This document shows positions 29,018-37,299 of a stretch of DNA of 46,925 bases, in pieces; within the stretch, counting starts at the first letter, position 1, and every line of letters begins with the position of its first letter. The position numbers and the translations under genes were made by a program. The notes beneath the pieces are model-generated. The model was not told the origin of the DNA and searched no databases. It saw nothing but the letters and a program-made list of their open reading frames with translations. Source of the DNA: Opitutales bacterium (GTDB taxonomy: Bacteria > Verrucomicrobiota > Verrucomicrobiia > Opitutales > JAFGAQ01); the NCBI GenBank assembly GCA_016933595.1, contig JAFGAQ010000024.1:1-46925 (forward strand), given 5' to 3'.

Positions 29018-29275
29018 AATGGAACGAAGACGGAACGCTTACGCGTCCCGCTACCTGAAGAGGTGCTCCCGGATGTATCATTTATCCGTATCTTTCCGCT
29101 ACCTGAAGAGGTGCTCCCGGGTCTTTCTCCGTAGCGGATTGCGTGAGTATTCCGAAGCAGCGCGATCCCAGAGGTGACGCGCGGGAATGCAACAAAGGCG
29201 GAACGTCCAATGGGCCGGACTTTCAGTCCTCATGGTCTAGGGGGTTATGCCTATCCGGGGCAACGCCCCGGAACC
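29018..29275. repeat. Mosaic palindromic repeat, locus B
   Basis: Inverted unit CGGAACGCTTACGCGTCCCGCTAC (29031-29054). The 25-mer CCGCTACCTGAAGAGGTGCTCCCGG is present twice (29048-29072 and 29096-29120). A decayed forward unit lies at 29129-29154, then module c (TCCAATGGGCCGGACTTTCAGTCCTCATGGTCTAGGGGG) and the GC hairpin CCGGGGC-AAC-GCCCCGG (29255-29271). Confidence 0.85.
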
Positions 29276-29324
29276 ATTCCAGCCCAGGTCGTCGGCATGG
29301 GAGGAACGATTTCCGGAATCTATA

Positions 29325-31508
29325 TCATTCCACTGGATGAATCATGATCCCGTATGGCTCAAGTTCGAAGTCGAGTCGACTGGAGTCCGTTATGATCACC
29401 GATGTTTTCTGACTGGACCCCGTGTTATTGACCACGATCAATTGCTTTTGCTTTTGGAAAAACGCGCAGTCCGTGTGTGGATTTGAGGGACACAGATGAT
29501 CGACCTTTCCTTCGTTGCGGGTTAACCAATGGAGGGTTCGGTGAAGCAGTCGGGTATCGATCGGATTGTAGCGGAAGTCCGCAAAGTATGCCGTGCGTCC
29601 CTTGTGGGGTTCGTTAATGACCACCTGTGGGTTCTTCCCGTCGGTCTGAAGCACCCTTGCCCCTGAGGATGTCAGGAACAGGCGATCCATGGGGGTTGCC
29701 GGCCGGTCAACCATGGAAATCCCGGCGTTGATGAAATGGTCTTCAGCCTTGAAGAGGGGCCGGTCGAAGGCTTCGGTGAGGCCTGTGTCCCGATCCACAC
29801 CCAAGAGGTGTGCCAGTTGAAAACGCTGGTCCCGATGCTCGAGTGCAGAGGGCTCTCCGATGCCAAGGAAGGCTTTTCCTTTGGCGATGAATTCGCTGAT
29901 AGCCACTACGATCTCCGGGTTGTCCCAATGATGGCCGCCCGACCATGCATCGCCTGCCCGCCCTGCGTTGATAATGACATCGATATCCGCAGGTATTCCT
30001 TGGGATAGGATGTCGTCGAAGGATAAAAACACCGTTTCCACCGGCATGCCCGAAAGGGACTCCATCACTTCATTGTAGGGGTTTCCGCGGTTGAAATGGC
30101 CGCGACAGGCCCATGCGCGCAAATGCCCCCATGCTGTGAGGATGCCGACTTTGATTCCCGTGGACCATGGGGCCTCGGCGCGGACCGTGTTGCGCAGCTT
30201 GCGGAACTCTTTCGCAAGGAGTTCGATGTAGTCGATAAAATCGGGGTGGTTTTCGACGAGATGAAGGTAACCCCCGAAGCCGATGCGGTCGACTGGCTTG
30301 CGCAAAAGTGCGCGCCGGATATCCATCCAGTAGGCCTTGCATTCCGCAGTGGGATTGCCTCCGGGAAGGAAGGAAGGCGCCCCATTGACTCCCGTCGGAA
30401 ACAGGTAAGGGTGCATGCGGATCTCGCGCGTAGTGACAGCGGGGCATTCGGCTACTTTGCGCGCCTCGAACCCGTTGAAGATGCCGTCGATGATGCCGTC
30501 GAAGCCCATTTGGGAGAATCGTTTTCCGGTGGGTTCCACTCCGATCCAGTGGTCGTTGTAGAAGAGAAACGCTTTTTTGCCTGCGGCGTGAATGCGGTCA
30601 ATGCACTGCTTTCCGAAATCGGTCACGAACGCGTTGATGAAGTCGATCCACTGAAGGTAAAAGGGCGATGGAGCTTTGTAGGAGTTGTTGTAGAGCCCAG
30701 CGTTGACAAACTGTTCGGACACCGGGCGATATCCGTGTTTCTTTTCGAACTGTCGAATCGATTCCGGGCTGACGGTGAATTCGTAGGAACCCCAGTCGTT
30801 GACGATGAATCGCTGCTGTTTTGGATCACCCCATAGCCACCAGAAATTGTAGAACATGGCTGTCAGGCGCACGACTTTGGTAAGCGGGTGTGTATCGAGC
30901 CAGTGATCGAGATAGTTGAGGATCTGGGCTCGGGCATCCGGGAAGATCGGATCAATTGGCATCAGGTGCTCCTGATCGCCCCAGTTGTTGGTCACATGAT
31001 TGTACATCGAGATTTCTTCCCAAATGCGGTAGGCGAAGAAGTTCACGGTGTAGCGATGCCATGGAAGGGTGTTCTGGATCGTTACGGCACCTGTCTCCAG
31101 GTCGCAGCTCCAGTGTTCGACGGGGATTTCCTTTTGGGTGGTGCGATCAAAGACCTGCCACCATTCTTTAGGGTCGTCATCGAGGTTGATGCGAAACTGT
31201 TGATCGAAATAGCCGCTGAGGGGTTCGATGGTGAGCGACGAGCCATCGGCAATGACGGGCCTGCTCATGATGCAGCATTGCTGAAGGCATCGTGGATTCA
31301 GGCGGGCCCATGCGTTGTGGGAGCGCACCAGACACACGGTGGAATAGATGTCGTAAGGGGATTGGATGATGTCGTCGGAGAGTTGTGTGCCGTCGCTGTC
31401 GCGGATCACATCGGCGCCCCATTTTTTTGCCAGTTGCAGGGTGAGGGCTTCATAACCGGCTTCGCCGGGTAACGTGAAACCGCCAGTCGTCAAAGAATCG
31501 TTATCCAT
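29325..31508 (-). CDS. GH112 phosphorylase (lacto-N-biose/galacto-N-biose phosphorylase family; context suggests D-galactosyl-beta-1,4-L-rhamnose phosphorylase)
   Basis: The N-terminus GGFTLPGEAGYEALTLQLAKKWGADVIRDSDGTQL closely resembles the GRFTLPSE...WGADAIRNSDGT start of characterised GH112 enzymes. ~727 aa, no signal peptide. The substrate subtype is inferred from neighbours (rhaM, GH105). Confidence 0.75.
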   Translation of the reverse strand: MDNDSLTTGGFTLPGEAGYEALTLQLAKKWGADVIRDSDGTQLSDDIIQSPYDIYSTVCLVRSHNAWARLNPRCLQQCCIMSRPVIADGSSLTIEPLSGYFDQQFRINLDDDPKEWWQVFDRTTQKEIPVEHWSCDLETGAVTIQNTLPWHRYTVNFFAYRIWEEISMYNHVTNNWGDQEHLMPIDPIFPDARAQILNYLDHWLDTHPLTKVVRLTAMFYNFWWLWGDPKQQRFIVNDWGSYEFTVSPESIRQFEKKHGYRPVSEQFVNAGLYNNSYKAPSPFYLQWIDFINAFVTDFGKQCIDRIHAAGKKAFLFYNDHWIGVEPTGKRFSQMGFDGIIDGIFNGFEARKVAECPAVTTREIRMHPYLFPTGVNGAPSFLPGGNPTAECKAYWMDIRRALLRKPVDRIGFGGYLHLVENHPDFIDYIELLAKEFRKLRNTVRAEAPWSTGIKVGILTAWGHLRAWACRGHFNRGNPYNEVMESLSGMPVETVFLSFDDILSQGIPADIDVIINAGRAGDAWSGGHHWDNPEIVVAISEFIAKGKAFLGIGEPSALEHRDQRFQLAHLLGVDRDTGLTEAFDRPLFKAEDHFINAGISMVDRPATPMDRLFLTSSGARVLQTDGKNPQVVINEPHKGRTAYFADFRYNPIDTRLLHRTLHWLTRNEGKVDHLCPSNPHTDCAFFQKQKQLIVVNNTGSSQKTSVIITDSSRLDFELEPYGIMIHPVE

Positions 31509-31585
31509 ATCAGTCTGTTTCCAGGATTAGGTGTCTCTGTTTTCAAGTTTCTGATGCTGGGAGCAAGGGGGAAAGCGTTATTTGT

Positions 31586-31598
31586 TCAGACTGTCAGA
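31586..31598. promoter_or_regulatory. Operator-like motif TCAGAC-T-GTCAGA
   Basis: 5 of 6 symmetric pairs; centre is 84 nt upstream of the GH112 ATG (31508). Confidence 0.3.
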
Positions 31599-31688
31599 GT
31601 GTGGGGACGTTTTCAACGCCAGTTGTTTTTATTGAATCTTGTGGCGTAGTGAATGGGGAGTCGATACCCTTTCGTTATGATCATTAAA

Positions 31689-31722
31689 ACAGGTCCGCCC
31701 TTGGGTCGGACCTGTTTTTTTT
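31689..31722. terminator. Strong hairpin with flanking T/A runs (bidirectional terminator-like)
   Basis: Stem ACAGGTCCG / CGGACCTGT (9 bp, 9-nt loop). On the + strand it is followed by T8; on the - strand by TTTTAATGA. It sits between repeat locus C and the GH112 promoter region. Confidence 0.5.
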
Positions 31723-32006
31723 CCCCCGTAGCTGAATGCGTGAGCATTCCGAAGAAGCGTGATCTTGAGGTGACGCGTGGGAATGGAACGAAGACGAAGA
31801 CGAAACGCTTACGCGTCCCGCTACCTGAAGAGGCGCTGTCAGGTGTATCATTTCCCCGAATCTTTCGTCCGTAGCGGAATGCGTGAGCATTCCGGAGAAG
31901 CGTGATCCTGATGTGACGCGCGGGAATGGAACGAAGACGGAACGCTTACGCGTTCCGCTACCCGAAGAGGTGCTCCCTGGCTTCCAGTTGATCACGCGTT
32001 CCGTTC
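31723..32006. repeat. Mosaic palindromic repeat, locus C: two tandem 143-bp copies of an inverted-doublet (REPIN-like) element
   Basis: Forward units lie at 31726-31751 and 31869-31894 (CCGTAGCGGAATGCGTGAGCATTCCG). Inverted units lie at 31801-31824 and 31938-31961 (CGGAACGCTTACGCGTTCCGCTAC). A partial half-unit CACGCGTTCCG occurs near 31993-32005. Confidence 0.9.
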
Positions 32007-32016
32007 CGAAACAAAT

Positions 32017-32044
32017 AGCCCGCCAAAAACATGGCGGGCTTTTT
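32017..32044 (-). terminator. Terminator-like hairpin downstream of the Kelch-symporter gene
   Basis: Stem AGCCCGCC / GGCGGGCT (8 bp, 8-nt loop). The minus-strand tail is ATTTGTTTC and the plus-strand tail is TTTTT. It starts 22 nt past the stop at 32066. Confidence 0.45.
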
Positions 32045-32065
32045 GGGTAAAACCGAAATCGGGAT

Positions 32066-34480
32066 TTAACGTTGTTTGATCGTGGATAGGGTGAGGCCGT
32101 CCGTGCGTTCGGCAGGAGGCGCGGGGAACAAGAGACTCGTCATGTATCCCACCATGAATGTGGTGATCGAACCAATTGGCCAGAACAACCAGTAGTTGAT
32201 GTCGGTCGTCTTCTCGACCAGAAACACTGTGGACATGCCGACGATCACCCCGATGATCATGCCTGTCTGGTTGGCCCGTTTGGTGAGCAGCCCCAAGCCA
32301 AACATACCTACAAGGCCGTTGGTGACCAGGTTGACGAAGAAGAGCGCAAGGTCCCATATGGAAGGCATATCGGCATTGGCCAGATACAGAGCTGCTCCTG
32401 TGCCGGTCAATCCCACTGCAAGCGTCAGAATACGGCCCATCATCAGGGAGGATTTCTCAGTGGCACTTTTCGCGAACCGACGATAGAAGTCGTCCACCCC
32501 CAGATTTGCCACACTGCAGATGGATCCGGAGATGGTGGACAACGTTGCAGCGAGGAGAGCCGCTACCATTAGTCCGGCGATTCCGATCGGAAGATGCTGG
32601 GCGGAAAAGAAGGGATAGATCCCATCCGCTTTCATCGATGGATTCAATTGAGCGGGATTGTGCCGGTAATAGATGAAGAGAACGGTTCCGACCGCGAAGA
32701 GCAGGGCGTTTACCATTACTGCGACCGACATTTGGAGCCCAATTGCCTTTTGGGTTTCCTTGATGGAAGATGTGCTCTGCACCCGCTGCACGAAATTCTG
32801 GTCGCCGATGTTGTTGAGCGTGGTGAATAGGATCCCGATGAAGAACAGCCATGCGGTGGGGTAGGTGATGTCCCAGTTCCAGTCGAACACCCGGAGTTTA
32901 TCCGCATCGTTTGCGACTTGGAAAATTTCAGCGGGACTCATTCCTACCTTCAGGATCGCGAGGATCAGACAGGCTGCAATGGTGCCGACCATGATGAATC
33001 CCTGAATGGTGTCCGTCCAAATGACCGCCGAGAGTCCCCCCATGAAGGTGTAGGAAATGCTGACAGCCGCCATGATGAGGATGCACACTTCGACCGAAAT
33101 GCCGGTGATCGCGTTTAAGGCGATGGCCGGCAGGATCATGATGGGTGCCATGCGTCCCAGCATTTGGAAGAGGACAAAGATCGTGCTTCCGATGATGCGT
33201 GCAGGCGTTCCGAAGCGCATGTCGAGGTATTCGTTGGATGTGCGGATGTTGAGCTTGCGAATAATCGGGGCGAGGATGAAGAGCGAGATGGGCAGGGTGA
33301 TGGCCGAAAAGATTGAGATCGCATACCATTCCCAGTTTCCGGAATAGGACTTACCAGGCATGGTCATGAGGCTGATCGCGCTCGCCATGGTCGCGAAGAG
33401 GCTCATGCCCGTAGCCCACCAAGGGATCTTTCTTCCTCCTTGGAAATAGTCTTTGGTGTCCTTTTTGCGGCGGTTGAAATAAAGGCCGACCGCGATCATG
33501 CTCAGCAGGTAAAGTATCACGACACCATGGTCGATCCATCCGTATTTTGTCTTGAGCGGGCTGACCTGAATCATGCGGGCCTCCGATCCCGAAAGGGTGT
33601 AGATATTCGTTCCTTTGAGCACTGCCACCGGATCGCCCAGCGGGGCATCCATCCATTGGCCCATTTCGACCCAAGTGTCGGTGATGGTGTGATAGGCCAG
33701 CACTCCATGATGGTCATCGGCACCAAAGAGGATGATGTGCGATTCGCCAAAGGCTACGGCCGAGGGTTTTCCCGTCCAGCTGGGAACAGCGGTTTTTTCC
33801 ACCCATCCGAGTTTCACTGAATACTCCAAAGTAGAGTGAACCGGTTCACCGTTGTAGTATCCGCCAAAGAGGTAGAGGCGGTTGTCGAATGAACGCAGCA
33901 GGATCGAACCCTCCCGTGCGGATCCTGGAAACACCGGAAGGCTTTCCCATCCTTTGTCAGGTGTGGTCAGCGGCAATCTTGCAAAAAAGTTTTCTCCTTC
34001 AGCGGAACCCGCCACATAGAGATAACCCTTTTCGATCAAAACCGCCGGTCCAGAGATCGCTTTCGGCATATCTGGCAAGGTGGTGGCTGTAATCCCCTGT
34101 TCGTTGAACTTGAGTTGCACCACTCTTGCTGAGAGCGCTTCGCCGGCCTTTCCGCCGGCAAAGATGAGTTGGGAACCGTCACTGGAGTATCCGGCATCCG
34201 GTTGATGGTCCACCCATTCTCCCCTGTTGATCCAGGCGCCCGCAACTTCATCCATGGCATAGACGTTGGTGTTGGGTTCGATCCCAATTTTGCCTCCCAC
34301 CGCGACGATGGTATTTCCAATGACCCCTATGGTTGCTCCCGAAACCGGCTCCGGAAGGTTTGGAATGTTTTGGTAGTCGAGGACGCTTTCGATCGATTGG
34401 GCAAAGCCCGATGACCCGAACAGGAGAAGCGAGAGAGCGATTCCCGCAAAGATCAGTTTTTTGGGTTTGATTCGATTCAT
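32066..34480 (-). CDS. Fusion protein: periplasmic Kelch-type beta-propeller (NanM/mutarotase-like) joined to a sodium:solute symporter (SSS/SLC5 family)
   Basis: Start trimmed to ATG 34480 (MNRIKPKKLIFAGIALSLLLFGSSGFAQS signal). Residues ~30-315 from that start show Kelch-like blade repeats (IVAVGGK, LIFAGGK, LYVAGS, LYLFGG, IILFGA). From about nt 33535 downward comes a typical SSS core (KDYFQGGRKIPWWATGMSLFATMASAISL plus many TM segments). Confidence 0.75.
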   Translation of the reverse strand: MNRIKPKKLIFAGIALSLLLFGSSGFAQSIESVLDYQNIPNLPEPVSGATIGVIGNTIVAVGGKIGIEPNTNVYAMDEVAGAWINRGEWVDHQPDAGYSSDGSQLIFAGGKAGEALSARVVQLKFNEQGITATTLPDMPKAISGPAVLIEKGYLYVAGSAEGENFFARLPLTTPDKGWESLPVFPGSAREGSILLRSFDNRLYLFGGYYNGEPVHSTLEYSVKLGWVEKTAVPSWTGKPSAVAFGESHIILFGADDHHGVLAYHTITDTWVEMGQWMDAPLGDPVAVLKGTNIYTLSGSEARMIQVSPLKTKYGWIDHGVVILYLLSMIAVGLYFNRRKKDTKDYFQGGRKIPWWATGMSLFATMASAISLMTMPGKSYSGNWEWYAISIFSAITLPISLFILAPIIRKLNIRTSNEYLDMRFGTPARIIGSTIFVLFQMLGRMAPIMILPAIALNAITGISVEVCILIMAAVSISYTFMGGLSAVIWTDTIQGFIMVGTIAACLILAILKVGMSPAEIFQVANDADKLRVFDWNWDITYPTAWLFFIGILFTTLNNIGDQNFVQRVQSTSSIKETQKAIGLQMSVAVMVNALLFAVGTVLFIYYRHNPAQLNPSMKADGIYPFFSAQHLPIGIAGLMVAALLAATLSTISGSICSVANLGVDDFYRRFAKSATEKSSLMMGRILTLAVGLTGTGAALYLANADMPSIWDLALFFVNLVTNGLVGMFGLGLLTKRANQTGMIIGVIVGMSTVFLVEKTTDINYWLFWPIGSITTFMVGYMTSLLFPAPPAERTDGLTLSTIKQR

Positions 34481-34515
34481 ATCAATAAATGGGGGCAGTG
34501 TTGTTGTTTTCTGGT

Positions 34516-37224
34516 TCAATACGCTTGAGGAATCAGGGCGAGGTTTTGAATAGCCGCCAGTCCCCACTGAGCGGCGTCATTGGTGGACACCCATGCCGCT
34601 TCGTCGACAGGATTCAAAACATCGGTCCCCGAAATCCGTTCGGTTTCGATGGATTTTGGCCCCCCCCATTCGCTTTCAAATTCACGCATCGCGCGTTTGG
34701 CGAGTGCAGGATCGCTTTTCTGTTGGGCGGCAAAGGCCGTGAGCCTGGAGTGTGCCTGCACGAGACTGATGCCGTTGAGGGCCTCGCCGAAACGGGCAAC
34801 ATGGGCCTCGGGTCCAGCGTTGTAGAGGATGCAGTATTCCAGCCACGCCTTGTTGAACTCCGGTATGTCTAGCAGGTCCATGAGCTCTTTGTTGGCTTCC
34901 ACCATTCCAAACACCGAGGACAAGTGGGAAACCCGTGGCTTGGGGTTGTCGGCAAGGATAAACGCTTTGGTTTCGACATCATAACCATAGTCGGGGACAA
35001 AGAAACCCAAGTCGTGGGAACCAATCACCTTCATCGCATTGACAAGCCAGTTCTTGTATTTTTCGTCACCGGTCCGTTCCCACGCAGTCAGCCAGTTGGT
35101 TGCGACCGAGCCGAAATCCGTGCCTTGCCCCATGCGGACTTCGGCGGGAACCTCGGGTTGCCCCGGGAGTTTTCTGACCGGATTGAGCGTTGCCAGTTGA
35201 CGATCGGCTTCGACGACTTCGTTCAGAACATCGCCTGTGCGTTCATCGGCAGTCAGGAAGTAATGGAAACGGCGGTAGGCGGCTGTGCTGATACGAAGCT
35301 GTTTGGCGGAGCATCCCCAATGCTGGACGTTGTGCCGTGTGCCAAAACCCTTGAACCGGCCCAGATGGTAAATGTCCACATCCCGGTTGTGCCGGGTAAG
35401 GGCTTCGGCAAGCCGGAAGGTTGTCGCGTCTCCGGTGCGCATAAACGAATACCACAGCCAGAGGTCGGGCGAGAGTTCGGAGTTGTCCCATGCGTAGCCC
35501 CCCACATCGTAGCGCCAGACATGGCGATCCGGATCATAGGTATGCATGATGTCGCCATAGTCCCAGAATCCATACCAATGCCTTTGTTTCACCTGATCCG
35601 CATAGTAGCGCACTGACCAGTCGAGACGATCCTCGATCTGTCGTTTCTTCGGGGTGGACCGGTCGGGGAGACTCCAGAGGGCTCCAAAAACTCCCGCTTC
35701 AAGATAGTCCTGTGGCCGGGCAACCAACAGCGGCGGTTGGTCGGTTTGGGTTGCCATAGCCGAGAGGTCATCGCGGGATGGGGTAGCGGGCAGTGCCCAG
35801 AATGTGAGGTCAGTCGATCGTGCGACGCCATGCGGGGTTCCGAACCCCGGTTCATAGTCTTCGTATGTGATGTTCAGCGCATCGAGTTGCTTTGCATGGG
35901 TATCTTGTCCGAGTCCATCATGATAGAATCGGATATCCATGGGTTTGGAATCAGGCGCCCAGATCCACAAGGACAAAGTGGCTGTAGGGGTCGCTGCGTT
36001 GCGGATGTCGATCTGGGTGGGATGCAATCGCCAGAAATCGCGCATGGCGAACGCAAGCCCTCCTGAGATTCCTCCTACATATCCGCCTCCGGCTGCATGT
36101 TGCCCTTGGTCGGCGGGTATCCACGCATGCCCTTCTTTTGTGCGTTTGCGCAGGCTGAATCCATTTGCGTTGGGTTGGCTGAGGGTGAAGTCACTCCAAG
36201 TCGGGATCCAATGGAGGCGGGTGGATACCGCCTCGCTCCATTGATCGAGGGGAGGAGTCGGTCGTCCGGCGATCTGTGTATCGCGGACTTCCTTGCCAGG
36301 ATCCCTCCTGAGTCCAGTGATTCCGCGGATGGCTTCTCCCCAGACTCCACCGCATCCGTTCACAAACCTTACATGTCGATTGTGCGCTTCATCGGGCATG
36401 GGGACGTCGAACTGAACACCCAAGCTGCTGATGAAATCGTGATGCTCGTCTCCATCGAAAACAAAGGTATGGGTCATCTGCATGCTGGTGCTGCCCGCAT
36501 AGAAGCGTAGCCGCAAGCAGAACGGGAGCCATTCGCGGCCCTCGGGTGTAATGTGGATGCCCTCTACTTTGATTACGGACCGAATCGAACCCCGCTGTTC
36601 AAGCGTGACTGTCCGGATCTGTCCCTCGAGCGGCTGGGTCGCGTTTGAATGGTCCGGGTTATCAGAGCGGCTCCCAACGAGTCTCCCATTGCTCGCGACT
36701 GTATTTTCGCCGTGCTTCAGGGATGCGATGATAGTGGTTCCGGTTTTCGGGATCGTGCATTCCATTTCGCCGGTATGGATCACGAATGCATCGACCGTTT
36801 CGGCAACCCGAAGCGCTTGGGTTGGTTGCGCGGGAACCCCCGGGCCGATCTGCATTTGGGCGAATGACCCGGTTCCAGCGGGAATAGAATGGGCGGTCCA
36901 TTTGAGCGATCCGTCGGGCCAGTAGGCGGTTGGCCATGTCTGGAGCGGGACGGGGGCTCCGTTGCCGGATTTCAGTGAGAAGGTGGTCGTTTTCGGATAC
37001 TTGCCTTTGGGCCATGGCAAACCCCATGTCGTGCCGGACTGAACTACCGGAACCTGTCCTTCCAACCAACGCAACGTGTAGGGCGATTGGTTTTCAAAGG
37101 ATTCAGCCGGGGTCGGTGTGGATCGCTGACCCGATGTGTTTTTCCCGACCGCCAGGGAAAGTGGAATCGCTGCGGTGGCGAGGGCGGAATGCTTGACAAA
37201 GGCTCTTCTGGATATCGGTTTCAT
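34516..37224 (-). CDS. Tat-exported 902-aa protein of unassigned family (probable glycan-active enzyme by context)
   Basis: Twin-arginine signal MKPISRRAFVKHSALATAAIPLSLAV. Long single ORF between rhaM and the symporter gene with short gaps (75 and 35 nt). Contains a conserved-looking acidic/aromatic block HWYGFWDYGDIMHTYDPDRHVWRYDVGGYAWDNSE. I cannot place it in a CAZy family by eye. Confidence 0.6.
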   Translation of the reverse strand: MKPISRRAFVKHSALATAAIPLSLAVGKNTSGQRSTPTPAESFENQSPYTLRWLEGQVPVVQSGTTWGLPWPKGKYPKTTTFSLKSGNGAPVPLQTWPTAYWPDGSLKWTAHSIPAGTGSFAQMQIGPGVPAQPTQALRVAETVDAFVIHTGEMECTIPKTGTTIIASLKHGENTVASNGRLVGSRSDNPDHSNATQPLEGQIRTVTLEQRGSIRSVIKVEGIHITPEGREWLPFCLRLRFYAGSTSMQMTHTFVFDGDEHHDFISSLGVQFDVPMPDEAHNRHVRFVNGCGGVWGEAIRGITGLRRDPGKEVRDTQIAGRPTPPLDQWSEAVSTRLHWIPTWSDFTLSQPNANGFSLRKRTKEGHAWIPADQGQHAAGGGYVGGISGGLAFAMRDFWRLHPTQIDIRNAATPTATLSLWIWAPDSKPMDIRFYHDGLGQDTHAKQLDALNITYEDYEPGFGTPHGVARSTDLTFWALPATPSRDDLSAMATQTDQPPLLVARPQDYLEAGVFGALWSLPDRSTPKKRQIEDRLDWSVRYYADQVKQRHWYGFWDYGDIMHTYDPDRHVWRYDVGGYAWDNSELSPDLWLWYSFMRTGDATTFRLAEALTRHNRDVDIYHLGRFKGFGTRHNVQHWGCSAKQLRISTAAYRRFHYFLTADERTGDVLNEVVEADRQLATLNPVRKLPGQPEVPAEVRMGQGTDFGSVATNWLTAWERTGDEKYKNWLVNAMKVIGSHDLGFFVPDYGYDVETKAFILADNPKPRVSHLSSVFGMVEANKELMDLLDIPEFNKAWLEYCILYNAGPEAHVARFGEALNGISLVQAHSRLTAFAAQQKSDPALAKRAMREFESEWGGPKSIETERISGTDVLNPVDEAAWVSTNDAAQWGLAAIQNLALIPQAY

Positions 37225-37299
37225 GGGTGGGGTGGGGTCGATTAACGATGCGGTTTATCAGTGGAGCGGGCCATCCCATCGTAGGATGCCGGGAAAAGC

